Origin: Piromyces finnis finn
Taxonomy: Eukaryota; Fungi; Neocallimastigomycota
Assembly: GCA_002104945.1 (NCBI GenBank)
Contig: MCFH01000068.1
Coordinates: 62,001 to 126,000 of the forward strand
Direction: 5' to 3'
DNA: 64,000 bases
A program made the translations under genes and the position numbers. Shown here in pieces: positions 33,407 through 46,869 of this stretch (position 1 is its first letter; the number at the start of each line of letters is the position of its first letter). The notes beneath the pieces were generated by a model, which saw only the letters and a program-made list of their open reading frames with translations, had not been told where the DNA came from and ran no database searches.

Positions 33407-35209
33407 ATCTAGGAAAGAATAAGACTTATGACCTGATAGCCAGAAATTACTACTGGCTTAAAATGAAGGATGACGTTGCAGGATATATAAAAACTTGTAC
33501 CATATGTTGTACTCAAAAGGACAACAGGCATAAGCCATACGGTAGCGCTGCTAGGGTAAAAGTTGCAGAATTACCTTGGCAAGAAGTAGAAATTGACTTC
33601 CTGACGGATCTACCTATCAAGGAATGAAGAAAACCAGGTAGTAGTCCCTCAGAACCCCCAGAAGTCACTAGAAGAGGTTGTATCATGGTTTGCAGTGATA
33701 AGTTAACCAAAATGATACACTTAGTGGGATTTAGGAATATGCCTACTGCGAAAGAAACAGCATTAGCATACTTACAACATGTATTCAAGCTACACGGTTG
33801 TCCTAAATCAGTTACTACGGACCGTGGTGTTCAGTTCACCAGTAAGTTGTGGAAGGACATTATGGGGTTCTTTGGCGTAGAAGTAAACTTTGCTACCACT
33901 AGCCATCATGAAATGGTTGGTCAGGTAGAACGTAATAACACCTACGTAAGTATGTACCTTAGATGCTTTGTAAAAACCTTTGATGATGATGAATGGCTGA
34001 AATACTTGTACTTAGCTGAGTTCTGCTATAATAATGCAGTACACAGTTCTACCAAGCAGTCCCCATTCTTAGCTTTGTATAACTACCAGGTACATATGAA
34101 CCCTCAAGACTCAGAGCTTGTCCACTCACTTGGCGAAGCTCCTATATTAGATAGCTTCGCTCACAACTTAGGTAACTTAAAACACATACTGGACATATCA
34201 AGAATTCGGTTCATAGACCACTTAGATAGTAGAAGAGAACTTAAGTACCCAAAAATTAGGCTCTTGGATCTTGTGTGGTTAAGAAAACCAGAAAACTACA
34301 ACCCTCTTCCCTTCTACAAGCTACAAGCGAGAAAGTACGGACCCTTCAAGGTTATTGGAATTGATGAGAGCAAGCTTAACTACCGGTTGGATATCAGTAA
34401 ATCACCTTTCCCCAACGTCTATCCAGTGTTTCATATCAGTGAGTTAGAACCCTACCACAATAAACCAGAAGAACTAACACCTGCACCAGAAGGCTACCAG
34501 AAAATCATCAAGATCCTCAATGCCAGGAGAAAGAAGGACAACTACCAATACTTAGCTACCTTTAGTGACTTTAGGCAAGAGTGGATTGATGCTGATATCA
34601 TCGACAAGAATGCCCACTATGATAAACTACTAAAAGAATTTCAAGATAAATGCTACCAGGAATTCATGGTTAGTGTCCAAAACCCTGCCTAGGTTTTCTC
34701 CTTACGGGGACATTGTAAGAAATATTTGTAGCCATAAGTTTCCCCACAAATATTTCAATTAAAACCATATATTCTGGTCACCATTTATTGGCCAGATATA
34801 TGCATAACCATATATTAATGGTTATTAATTAAATAGAAAGTTTATTTGCTTTACCTAATCAAGTGGTAAAGAAAATAAACTACTATAGTTAAATAGTACA
34901 GCATAAACTAACGTTAAATACTTTAGCGTTAGTATTAGAGTAAATTAATAACTATAATAATAAATAATGTATAATAATTATAATTAATAAATAAAAGATA
35001 TAATTAACAAATAATTATTAAGTAAATTTATTTCCTAATAATATTTATATATTTATTTATATTTATTTTAGTGTTATAATATTTGTTTTAGTTCTTTTAT
35101 TATTTTTTATAAAACTTTATTTAGTTATTAACTTGTATAGAGAGGTAATAACTAACTTAATTAGCTAAATATTAATAACTTATTAACTAATTTATAATAA
35201 ACTTTAACA
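33407..35209 (+). mobile_element. 3' part of a gypsy element: integrase (frameshifted), PPT and 3' LTR-Z
   Basis: HLGKNKT...NYYW...CTIC zinc finger; TDRGVQFTSKLW; GQVERNN; YGPFKV...VFHISELEPY (ORF 33685-34692); CGGGGACAT at 34705-34713; LTR 34714-35209. Confidence 0.9.
34714..35209 (+). repeat. 3' LTR (family LTR-Z)
   Basis: Homologous to 8184-8678; TGTAA...TAACA. Confidence 0.88.
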
Positions 35210-35329
35210 CGATAATAAATTAATTTTAATAAGAAATATAGATTATTTAATATAAAATAAATCTAATTTCTTACATTCGTTTTCAGGAACTCTTTAAATA
35301 CTAAACTAATACAAGACTAAAACAACACT

Positions 35330-36365
35330 TGTCACGAATACTAATGAAATCTGCAATTTCAAGATCACTTGAAATTGTGAAATCACTTATAAAATTTCAA
35401 AATCAACAATATTTTATTTCCAAATAAATTATAAAATTATATTAAAAAATATTTAAAAAATTTAGAAAAGATTAAGATATGACCTTAACCTTTAATAATT
35501 TTTATAATAAATAACTTTAATCCTTATCGTCATAATTTAATAAGGAAAAACAATCGTAACTCAACAACGAATGGCGAATTTTGAATAAACGTATTTTTGA
35601 TGAAACTACGTTTATTAGAAAGCCACACTCAAGATAAACAACATATCTTAAAATCAGGTCGATATCTCTGCTGGTTCACGAGATATTCCAATTTAAAGAT
35701 ATTTTGTTAGTAATGATTAATTGTTTATTCAGAGAATGATCACCCCTGATTTATTGAACATAAATCATTCACCCAAAAGGATATAAATTATTGTTTTAAT
35801 TAAATTAAAATTATTTTCCGGAATTAATTAACTTTATTTTATAATTATTATTTCAATAACATAACTTATATTCTTTGAATTAGAAGATTATAATTATTAA
35901 TATTATTTGAAATGAATTATATTATAATTAAGAAATAATTAATATTATGAATATATAAACAATAGTTATTTTTAATAATTAGTAATAAGTCTTAAGTTTA
36001 GCCTTACTATTATAAAATATATTATGAATATAATCATGTATTAAAAAGTTATTTTATTATTAAATGTAAAATTACAATTAGTATAAATAGTTTAGAATAG
36101 TTTATGAAATTAAAATCTTTGTAAAGATTATTATCTTGTTAATACTTAATAAGTATTACTATTAAATAATCTTATTATATATTTTAGCAACATATTATTT
36201 GAATAAAATAAAAGAAATTAACCATAGTATATAATTTAATTATTCATTTGTAAATCAATTAAGATTATTTTAATAAAACATTTTTTTTCTAACCTAGTTA
36301 TCTTTTAATCTTTTATTTAATTTAATATTTTAATATTAAATTATAAGTCTAATAAAACTTTTAAA
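35330..36365. repeat. LTR-W copy
   Basis: Homologous end to end with 9447-10569. Confidence 0.82.
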
Positions 36366-36852
36366 TTTTATTTTAATTTATATTTAAAGTGTTTTTTTTT
36401 TATTTATTTATTTATATCAAATATTTAGAATTATTAAAAAAAAAGCTATTAATCTAAAATAATAAATATGTGAATGAATATAAAATTAATGTGTTAATTT
36501 CACTTTATTCATTCATTCAAATTTATTTTTTAACTAGGTTTTTAAAAATAAAATATCTTTAAAAAAGAATTAAATTTTTTAATCAACTTATTAATTATTT
36601 ACTAATAAAAAATACATCATAAAATCTCTTTTTTATCAAAAAATACCATTAATTAATTACGAACAACATGTTTAGATTTTAAAAAATGTAATTAATAATT
36701 TGTTTATTGATTATATTATTTTGTGGTGCAATTGTAATAAGATGAAAATGTTTAAAATTTAAAAGGGTTAGTTTTCACTATTAAAAAAATATTTTTTATA
36801 AAATACTTCATCATCTTTTTGATAGAAAATAGAGATTTTGCTGTGTGAATAA

Positions 36853-39636
36853 TTTTTTTAGACTAGGAAGAGAATACACATATTTTATTTATTTATATTT
36901 GTGATATTACATAATATTAAGTGATAATACATATCTGTATAATAAGTAATAAATAATGAATAAAAATAATAAAATTTATATAAATAAAAATATAAATATA
37001 AAAATAATATAAAATAATTATTTAAATTGTATAAAGTTCAATGAACTCTGCAATTTGTACTGTGTGGGATTGTTTCCTACCTAATAAATTAAATGAAATA
37101 AAAAAAAGAAGCAACATCAGGTATGATAGTGGTGTCCACTAAACTCTCCCATGAGTTCATAATGTTTTCATTCAAATTTGAAGAAATACTAACATTGAAC
37201 CCTGTGTACGGAACATTGGAAATGTTCCTTTGCCATATCGGTACGACGTCGGCGTTCTTGATTATGTTAGGTGTCTTACTAAACCTATCAAAAAGTAGCT
37301 TCATAGAGCTACTAATGATAGAGATTGTTTTAGTAAGAAAAGCCGTGAGACCCTCTACATATATTTGATGCAGTTAAAAAAATCCCTCTACATATTGAAC
37401 ATGAAACCCCGATGAATTGTAAAGCTGTTCATTCAAATGTCTTTGTTCCGCCTTATCGATTTGTAGCTCATCATAAGCTAAAGTTCCACCAAGAAGGAAC
37501 GTAAAAATATAGTTATAAATTGTTTTTCTTACTTCCGTTTCGGGGAGTAAGTATGTGATGAATTGATTCTTATATTTATTATAAAAAAGGGTAAAAAGAT
37601 CGTCAAGAAAGCTAAGTGAAGAAGTTCTGTATTCAGAGAATGCGGAACATTCTAATATCCAATGGTAAAAAGATTGTTCGTCATATCCACAACATGGACA
37701 GACGCAAGGGCAGTCAGGAGTAACTCTATTACTGGCAATAGCAATTCGGGTAGTATTTTCATAACCGCATCGAATACGAATAATCCAGGTAATTCCTAAA
37801 TTTAAGTGAGGTATGTTGAGACCGATATGCATTAGGCGATCTGAATTAAGGAATTTGTTGTTAGTATATCTGAGGGCTTTACTTCCATTATTTAGGCTAC
37901 TATTATTCCAATAATGTTCTCTAATATCTTTAGTACTTTTAATATATATTTTCATAAGCTTCTTATGTAGGGAACAAGATTCTTTGGCCCAAGAGTAATG
38001 AGATATGGGAGGAATAGATCGGACGAGATCTTTAATAATACAATTTGATTTTCTCCATTTAACAAAGCATTTCACTTGTTGCACAGTAGAAATACCTGAA
38101 AGGGTAGGAATCTTCATATCTCTTGTAAGAGCATACAGACTAATAAATGAATTTCGTTCATAAACAAAATCTTTGTTATTAAAACTTTTATTGTGAAAGC
38201 TATTGACACTCCATAAAACAGCAGTATTGATAAGAGATTGGACTCTTCTAGTACTATTTTTGTTGGAACCAAGCAAAGGAGCATAATAAGAGACTTTGCT
38301 TAAAATATAAGAATGAATTACTATATTTTTTAAGCCAATAGGAACACAATTGTTAGTGAGGAAGCTTTTAAAAAATAATAAAGATTTCTGAACCTTTTAT
38401 ACATGTTAGATAGATAGAATATAAGTCAGAGAACGATCTTCGTTTGAATGGGATTCCAAGATAAGTATAGCAAAATTCTTTGGAATTGAGTACATACAGA
38501 TGTAAAATGTTGGGTCGACATAACTAGGGGATCTATTAAAGTTGATTGTTTAACAAACATTAGTTGCACATTTATTTATTTCAAAAAACATTTCGTTTAA
38601 ATTAAGCATCTTTTGAAATTTCATATTGCTAGAAGCAATCAGAACAATATCGTCAGCGAAAAGGCTACCACATCACCACAGTAACTTTTATTTTCTAAGC
38701 TAACTCCAAGCCTTTCACATTTATTTAAAACATCATTGATGAAGAGGTTAAATAGTATAGGAGAAAGAGGACGTCCTTATCTTACATCACGGTTGATATG
38801 GAATTTATTAGAAAGCATATCCAAGAAACGTGCACGGGCTTTCGAGGTAAAATAGAGATTATTGAGAAAACCAAAACACTTAATACGTATACCTAATTAT
38901 ATAACTTTTTAAGGATATTAAAGACAGGAACTGAATCTTATGCTTTTTTAAAGTCTAGAAAAGCAACATAAGTGCCTTTTCCTTTAAATTTTCTTCTTTG
39001 ACAGATTTCTCTAATGGAAATAAATAAGCAAATACATTCTTTATTGCGAAAACTAAAATGCTCAAGTCTTATAAAGTTATGAGAAAGAGCATATTTTGAA
39101 ATTCTATCAATTACAATTTTTGAAATGATCTTAAGACCTACATTGATTAGAGAAATACTACGATAATTATTACAATCTGAAAGATCGCCTTTTTCTGGAA
39201 TAGAAACGATGGAAGCAGAGTTCCATTTCAAAGGAAAAGAACCATTCCAGATTTTATTAAAAATTATTTTAAGACAATTTCCAGCAGACTTATGTTCTTT
39301 TTCCAGTTCTTTGTTACAGAAGAAAGCTTTGCGGAATATCAGAACAATTTGTGTTACAGATATAGCTGACCACTTAAAGACTTTTTTAGGTTTTTTGAAA
39401 CCATCAGAAGAGACTTTTTTACAAGACACAAGGATCGGTTTATGATCAGAAACATCATGAAAAACTTCATAACCTGAGGATTTGTTTATATGTTTAGTCA
39501 TAGCTTTGTTGTATATAATATGATCAATGCATGAAAACTTAGATCCTTTTTCCCACTTAAAATTATTACCAGTTAACTCAGCCATAGTCCAACCAGGGAT
39601 GTGTTGTGATATATAAGATTTGATTTTAATAGCTGA
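36853..39636 (-). mobile_element. LINE-A copy 3: 5'-truncated, about 0.7-kb internal deletion, degraded RT, intact 3' end
   Basis: EN fragment 39333-39636 joined to RT; ORF 37374-38276 with CPCC..H..C; 3' end CTTCCTAGTCT-A7 matches 48250-48266. Confidence 0.88.
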
Positions 39637-42290
39637 CAGTTTGGAGAAGATAGTCGCACCTTTCATAGCCTCGAAGACTTGACTGATAAGTGGTAAGGGA
39701 AAGGAGTTACGCACTGTTACCTTGTTGAGACGTCTGTAGTCAGTACATAATCGCCTTTCACTACTCTTTTTGGGCACGAACAACACAGGATAACCTGCAG
39801 GACTCTCTGAATTCCTTATGAAGCGCTTTGCCAGGTTTTCCTCTATATATTCCTTCAGTGCTTTTTCCTCTTCTGGGTTGAAGGGATATATAGGCCCCTT
39901 ATGAAGACAAGCGTCCAGTTCCAGGTCGATCATATAGTTGTAGGAACGATGTTCTGGTAGCTGGTTTGCTATTTCTTCATTGAATTTTCTCTGAAATCGT
40001 GGTAATATCTCTTCACAATTTCTTCTGGCGTAGGTTGATTTTTGTTTAAGTTTTCTTCTCGTACCAACCCTACGTAAATGTGATTTTTCTCTAATTCAAC
40101 ACTCTCTACCAACCCTACTTTTTCTCTAAGTTGGAACTGGATGCTAATCCTCCGGAATTTCTGTTTCTAGATTCCCTTGAAGCTTTGCGGCTCCCATTAC
40201 CCATAATTTATGCTTCAATGTTTTCCGTAATTACAGCTGCTAAGGGTCTTCTAGCTTCTACATTAGTAACTGTAGTTATGGAGCTTATTTGAGTACAGTA
40301 GTAGCTATGAACACAGTTTACACCATAATCATTGGTGGATCCCTTTCCTTTACTATTATCTACTACGAAACTATTATGAAGTACCTCACTTGAGCGCCTT
40401 TATCGTATCCTCTGTAGATAAAGTGCTCATCCATAAAGCTCAAACATATTATGATTATTTCAGGCATATTATCGGATAAGTGACAACTTGTATTGAAGAA
40501 GTATAGTTTAGCTTCTTGCTCGCCTGTGGGAGTTAACCACAGCTTCAACTGCAAGTCGTCTGAGAACTGTTTCAATTCAATATTACCATTTACAGTTCTA
40601 AACATTGCTGGTTGTTCTACCACTCTCAACCCAAGTGTAAAATATTAATCTTAAAACAGATTATATATTTAACAATAAAACAATTAAACACACGATAAAA
40701 TAAAAATAGGAGTTTCTTTTTAAAAATTATCTTCTTTATTAATGGTTAGAAATAAAATAACAATTACATCGATTCAATTGATAAAATTTACATGTATTTA
40801 TATTTTTTCGTAATTATATTCTAATATATTATTCTAATTTAATAAACATATATTTAATATAAAATAAACAAAACTAATATAATTAAATAATAAAATAATA
40901 AAACTAAACTAAAACTAATTCATTATACTTTTAATTCAATTTGAGTAAACTCAAAATTGAATAAGGCTCATGTATTATCTATAAATTAATTTAATATTAT
41001 CAATACTATTCTTAATATGTTTCCTATTGAAATATAAATAAATCTATTTTTAAAACTCAGTTAAAATTATTAAACTATTCTAAATTTAAATAAGAAAGTA
41101 TAATATATTCTAAAATCAAATAAAAAGTATTTAAAAAATATTTTAATTATTTAAAATATTTAGAATATTTAAATTTAATTAAAATTCTTTTATTCCTTAA
41201 ATTTAACGGAATTATTATAAAATAATTTACTATTAAATTATTCCATAAAATTTATTCAAAAATTTTATAATAAGTTTTACTAAATATTAATTTATTATTT
41301 AATAATTAATAATTAATTATTAAATAATCTAAAGATATATATTATATCTTTACACCAAGCTTCCTTGCCAAATTTTGGTGAATGAGGTTGGTAGTAGAAC
41401 CAGTATCATACAAGACCTCAACCCTCTTTACCTCGCGGGGGTTGCTTCTTGCATTGACCTAAGCTACCTTTTGATTTTGGCTGTAGTAGCTGTTGTTAAC
41501 CGTTGACTGACTAGCCATGGCTTTAGGTATGAGATTATTTCCCGTACTAGAAGGTCCTTGCATTGGTTGGATGATAGAACTTCTTCTAAAGCCCGGTTAT
41601 TGAACGACTCACGACGTTCTTTGTTATTACTATTATTCTTACTATAAGCCTGTAAGTTGTTTTGTTCAACCTTAGGCTTATTACTGGACTTGTTGTTCTT
41701 TTGCTTTATCTCAGCCCATTTAGAAGGGCTACATGGGTCTGTGATATCCAACAAGGCCATTATAGTGGTCTCGCGATCTCTCTTGTCGTACTTTTCAATG
41801 GTATCATTACGGAAGACTGCTTGATGGTCATCGCACTTCAACAGTACTTCACTCAATGTTTACAATGTACGCTCCTTTTCAGGGATATAATAGAACGCTT
41901 CACTGACAGAAGGCCTGACCTGCTGCATTAACGCCTGTCTCCTCACATTTTTAGGAAGCCCAAGTGTTTCCGTCAATTCATTGAACTCTTCTAAATAGTC
42001 GTATGCTTTTCCCCACTCATGTGTGAGCTTAAGCAACTTCGACTTGAAGAGTTCATGAGAGACTCTGGTGGGAACTTATCGTGAAGGTAGAGGAATAACC
42101 TTTCAGCATCGGGGTTCCTACGCTGTAGCATCCTCTACCTAAGTCTATACCATATTAATACTTTCCTACCTATATGATCTTCAAAGAAGATAACTTTTGC
42201 CTTTTCATCATTACCATAGTCGTATAGGTAACGTTTGAAATGACGTAAGCACTTCTCTTGAAAACCCTCTAAGTTTCACATTGTTATAAA
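39637..42290 (-). pseudogene. Degenerate gypsy gag-PR-RT start, interrupted by a solo LTR and by LINE-A
   Basis: LPEHRSYNYMIDL...KGPIYP...[14 protein letters not shown]...TDYRRLNKVTVRNSFPLPLI...FSKL at 39637-39960; gag-like degenerate frames further upstream. Confidence 0.75.
40636..41354. repeat. Solo LTR (family LTR-T) with 5-bp TSD CCAAG
   Basis: TGTAA...TTACA; CCAAG at 40631-40635 and 41355-41359; inverted homolog at 46865-47592. Confidence 0.9.
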
Positions 42291-42296
42291 AAATAG

Positions 42297-42907
42297 TGTA
42301 ATGTTGAACACTGAAAGAATAGATTAGGATATCTCTTCTATTACAATAACACTAAAATTAAAATAAAAATTGTTTTATAAAAGTATCTTTTATTATAATA
42401 GAAAATTTATTAATAACAATTACATAGATCAAAATGATGAAAAATATCTTCTATTTATATTTTTCCTAAATACATTTATATTGTATTATAACTATTTATT
42501 TAAAATATATTATTATTTAAAATTTACACTAAAATCTTAATTATTAATAAATATTTAAACTATAACTATTTTTAGTAAAATACAATTGGCAATTCAAATT
42601 AAGTACTATTCAATTTGAATATGTGCCCATGTATTATTGATATATTAATCATTTATTATTTATATATTATTTATCTATTTCTATGAAAAAACAATATTAA
42701 AACTAGGGATTTAAATTGAGAATTTTAATTTACTTGTTAAACATTAAGAATAAATTAATAATTTATTTTATTTCAAACTTTAATTATTAATAAATAAATT
42801 ATGTCTCATTTTCTTTTTCTGTAATATAATTTGTGTAACTTAAACAATAATACTTGTGGCTTAAGTTACATTAAAGATATCAAATTGAGGCGTTTGATAT
42901 CTTTACA
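42297..42907 (-). repeat. 3' LTR (family LTR-U) with adjacent PPT
   Basis: Inverted homolog of 7249-7865; TAGAGAGAGAGAT (42908-42920, minus strand) directly precedes it; no TSD. Confidence 0.85.
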
Positions 42908-43151
42908 ATCTCTCTCTCTAAGTCGAGCTCCTGCGAGATTAATTTATAAAGAATTCTTTCTCGAAAGAATTTCAATTACAAATGGTTGGTATCTGTGCTT
43001 GATTAGATTACCAACTTTATTCTTTCTAATTTTCATGGAGGAGTCGTTCGACTTATATTTTGACTATATATTTTATTTCATTATCTTATTTATATCATTA
43101 TATCAATACTTCAAATTATTAATATCTATTGTCATAATAAGTTCTTTCAAA

Positions 43152-44648
43152 ATGAACAATACCAATTGTACTGTACCTACCTTACGACGTGGTCTTCGTT
43201 TCTTCGGATCTAACTCCAATAAATCATATCTAATTTTTATCCATGATCTTAGTTCATGGTCAAAACAACGACTAATGGAATTTCTTTTAAAGGACATTCA
43301 ACCTTTCAATGATATTCTTCAATCCCTCACCAAAAAATATTCACAATCACTCGGTACCTATTTCATTTTAATAGTCAATGGAAAATGCCCGCTTAAAGCC
43401 ATGTTACTTATACACTCACTTTCTAAAAAACTCCCAATCTCTAGTAAAATATCTTGGAAATTCATTGATAAGCTCAAAAACAATAGATCATACAAAAACA
43501 AACGATCTATCAAATCCACTACTGGTCCACTCTCTGACGATTTCTATTTTAGTCACTTAAGTTCTAATGCTTCCTTTTTCAACTTATGTACTTGTTGGAA
43601 CATCAATGGTTGGAACCCTAAGAAAAAGCACGGTATTTTATACTTCATCTCTGTTTTCAAACCTGTATGTGTTTTCTTTCAAGAAGTAGGTAACAGCCAA
43701 TTCCTCTGTGGTAATGCAATTTCCTCCCCATGCCTACCAAACTATAAACCAGTACACAGACGTGCTAATCCTAAAGTTCCAGGTATGAGAGGACTTTACA
43801 TTGGTGTTCATAACTCTTGTTCCTTTACTCCTGAACCTCTTCTTTATAAGTACATCATTTCAGTTACAATACTGTCATTTTGGAACCAGAGATGTACCAT
43901 CGGTAATATTTACTTCCCGCAAACTAGATGGCCGGATGCTAGATTAATTGCCTTTGATGAACTTGATAAGTGGTTAACAACACATAACAAATTCAACCAC
44001 CCAGCTATCCTTATAGGAGACTTTAATATGTCAGCTATTAAAATCAAATCTTATATATCACAACACTTCCCGGATTGGACTATGGCAGAATTAACTGGTA
44101 ATAATTTCACTTGGGAAAAAGGTTCTAAATCTTCATGCATTGATCATATTATATACAACAAAGCTATGACAGAACACATAAACAAATCTTCAGTTTGCGA
44201 AGTTTTTCACGATGTTTCTGATCACAAACCGATCCTTGTGTCTTGTAAAAAAGACTCTTTTGATGGTTTCAAAAAGCCTAAGAAGACCTTTAAATGGTCA
44301 AGTCATATCTGTAACACAAAGTGTTCTGACATTCTTACTAGTAATCGCTTTGCTGTTCTAGCTTCCGAGCTTGAAGCTAATTGCGATAGCCTTTCGGCTG
44401 ACGATATGATTTCAAAATTTTTAGATACCTCCAAAACTATAGGTAAAGATATAAAAGCCATTGTGCCTGCAGATTTAAAAGGTCCAGCATTCCATTTCCC
44501 TCAATACATCAAAAACCTATCACATGAAAAACACCTGGCTTACAAAAATATTAAGTCCCTTTCAGATTGCGCTGACATGGAAAATTATCTTAACCAGTTC
44601 TCCATATACCAAAATCTATGTAATACCATCAAAAATATAAAAGATTAA
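43152..44648 (+). CDS. LINE-A N-terminal domain plus APE endonuclease
   Basis: ATG at 43152 matches the starts at 24550 and 32831; EN motifs as in copy 1. Confidence 0.9.
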   Translation: MNNTNCTVPTLRRGLRFFGSNSNKSYLIFIHDLSSWSKQRLMEFLLKDIQPFNDILQSLTKKYSQSLGTYFILIVNGKCPLKAMLLIHSLSKKLPISSKISWKFIDKLKNNRSYKNKRSIKSTTGPLSDDFYFSHLSSNASFFNLCTCWNINGWNPKKKHGILYFISVFKPVCVFFQEVGNSQFLCGNAISSPCLPNYKPVHRRANPKVPGMRGLYIGVHNSCSFTPEPLLYKYIISVTILSFWNQRCTIGNIYFPQTRWPDARLIAFDELDKWLTTHNKFNHPAILIGDFNMSAIKIKSYISQHFPDWTMAELTGNNFTWEKGSKSSCIDHIIYNKAMTEHINKSSVCEVFHDVSDHKPILVSCKKDSFDGFKKPKKTFKWSSHICNTKCSDILTSNRFAVLASELEANCDSLSADDMISKFLDTSKTIGKDIKAIVPADLKGPAFHFPQYIKNLSHEKHLAYKNIKSLSDCADMENYLNQFSIYQNLCNTIKNIKD

Positions 44649-45000
44649 GAATAAATTCAGATCTAATATCTATAAAGCTAACATTGTCTCTATTGGCAAA
44701 TATTTTATTGATAAAAGCTTTAGACAAGGTTGGAAAGGCCTTAAAAAACTTGCCAAACCAAGTTATTCCTCCTCCCATGTTTCAACTATTAAGGACAAGA
44801 ATGGCAAGGATTTATTTACTCCTCAAGAACAATTAAAACGTTGGGCTGAACATTATGAAAATCTTGCATCTGATGTTACAAATCACAGCTTAAATCGTGG
44901 TTGCTGGGAAAGAGCCTTCCAATTCAATCATATCAATCAAATAGCATGGGATATAAATGGTCCCATTTCTATTGAGGAAATTAGGAATGTTGTTCTGTCA

Positions 45001-46869
45001 ATGAAGAATAACAAGGCTCCAGGTCCCGATGGTATCCCTATTGAATTCTTCAAAGCTTTCTTTTGTAACGAAGAACTGGAAAAAGAACATAAGTCTGCTG
45101 GAAATTGTCTTAACTTAATTTTTAATAAAATCTGGAATGGTTCCTTTCCTTTGAAATGGAACTCTGCTTCCATTGTTTCTATTCCAAAGAAAGGCGATCT
45201 CTCAGATTGTAATAATTATCGTGGTATTTCTCTCATCAATGTAGGTCTTAAAATCATTTCAAAAATTGTAACTGATAGAATTTCAAAGTATGCTCTTTCT
45301 CATAACTTTATAAGACCTGAACAATTTGGTTTTCGCAATAAAGAAGAGTGTATTAGCTTATTTATTTCTATTACAGAAATCTGTCAAATAAGAAAATTTA
45401 AAGGAAAAGCCACATATGTTGCTTTTCTAGACCTTAAAAAAGCATACGACTCAGTTCCTATTTTTAATATTCTTACAAAGTTATATAAATTAGGTATACG
45501 TGGTAAATGTTTTGATTTTCTCAATAATCTCTACTCTACCTCAAAAGCTCGTGCACGTTTTTTGGATATGCTTTCCAATGAATTCCCTATAAACCGTGGT
45601 GTAAGACAAGGATATCCTCTTTCTCCTATACTATTTAACCTCTTCATCAATGATATTTTAAATAAATGCGAAAGGCTTGGAGTTAGCTTAGGAAATAAAC
45701 GTTGCTGTGGTGGCCTTTTCGCTGATGATATTGTTCTGATTGCTCCTAGCAAGAAGAACCTTCAAAAGATGTTCAATCTAGTCCTTGATTGGGCTAATTT
45801 AAATGAAATGTCTTTTGGAATAAATAAATGTGCAACTATTGTTGTTAAACCTATCAACTTTAATAGATCCCCTAGTTATGTTGACCCAACATTTTACATA
45901 GGTATGTACTCAATTCCAAAGGTTTCTTGCTATACTTATCTTGGAATCCCATTCGACGAAGATCTTTCTCTGACTCCTATTCTGTCTAATATGTACAAAA
46001 AAGTTCAGAAATCTTTATTCTCTTTTAAGAACTTCCTCACTAACAATTGTGTTCCTATTGGCTTAAAAAACATAGTAATTCATTCTTATATTTTAAGCAA
46101 AGTCTCTTATTATGCTCCTTTGCTTGGTTCCAACAAAAATAGAACTAGAAGAGTCCAATCTCTTATCAATACTGCTGTTTTATGGAGTGTCAATAGCTTT
46201 CACAATAAAAGTTTTAATAACAAAGATTTTGTTTTTGAACGAAATTCATTTATTAGTCTGTATGCTCTTACAAGAGATATGAAGATTCCTACCCTTTCAG
46301 GTATTTCTACTGTGCAACAAGTGAAATGCTTTGTTAAATGGAGAAAATCAAATTGTATTATTAAAGATCTCGTCCGATCTATTCCTCCCATATCTCATTA
46401 CTCTTGGGCCAAAGAATCTTGTTCCCTACATAAGAAGCTTATGAAAATATATATTAAAAGTACTAAAGATATTAGAGAACATTATTGGAATAATAGTAGC
46501 CTAAATAATGGAAGTAAAGCCCTCAGATATACTAACAACAAATTCCTTAATTCAGATCGCCTAATGCATATCGGTCTCAACATACCTCACTTAAATTTAG
46601 GAATTACCTGGATTATTCGTATTCGATGCGGTTATGAAAATACTACCCGAATTGCTATTGCCAGTAATAGAGTTACTCCTGACTGCCCTTGCGTCTTTCC
46701 ATGTTGCGGATATGACGAACAATCTTTATATCAATGGATATTAGAATGTTCCGCATTCTCTGAATACAGAGCTTCTTCACTTAGCTTTCTTAACGATCTT
46801 TTTACCCTTTTTTATAATAAATATAAGAATCAATTCATCACATACTTACTCCCCGAAACGGAAGTGTAA
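45001..46869 (+). CDS. LINE-A RT and C-terminal zinc-finger region (frame open from 44641), cut by the LTR at 46865
   Basis: APGPDGIP, YRGISL, FLDLKKAYDSV, GVRQG, LFADD, YTYLG. Confidence 0.92.
   Translation: MKNNKAPGPDGIPIEFFKAFFCNEELEKEHKSAGNCLNLIFNKIWNGSFPLKWNSASIVSIPKKGDLSDCNNYRGISLINVGLKIISKIVTDRISKYALSHNFIRPEQFGFRNKEECISLFISITEICQIRKFKGKATYVAFLDLKKAYDSVPIFNILTKLYKLGIRGKCFDFLNNLYSTSKARARFLDMLSNEFPINRGVRQGYPLSPILFNLFINDILNKCERLGVSLGNKRCCGGLFADDIVLIAPSKKNLQKMFNLVLDWANLNEMSFGINKCATIVVKPINFNRSPSYVDPTFYIGMYSIPKVSCYTYLGIPFDEDLSLTPILSNMYKKVQKSLFSFKNFLTNNCVPIGLKNIVIHSYILSKVSYYAPLLGSNKNRTRRVQSLINTAVLWSVNSFHNKSFNNKDFVFERNSFISLYALTRDMKIPTLSGISTVQQVKCFVKWRKSNCIIKDLVRSIPPISHYSWAKESCSLHKKLMKIYIKSTKDIREHYWNNSSLNNGSKALRYTNNKFLNSDRLMHIGLNIPHLNLGITWIIRIRCGYENTTRIAIASNRVTPDCPCVFPCCGYDEQSLYQWILECSAFSEYRASSLSFLNDLFTLFYNKYKNQFITYLLPETEV

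Noticed and set aside
42831-43151. 107-aa N-terminal extension of the LINE-A ORF
   Set aside because: It starts at a TTG inside an antisense LTR and crosses unrelated junctions; the other copies start at MNNTN.
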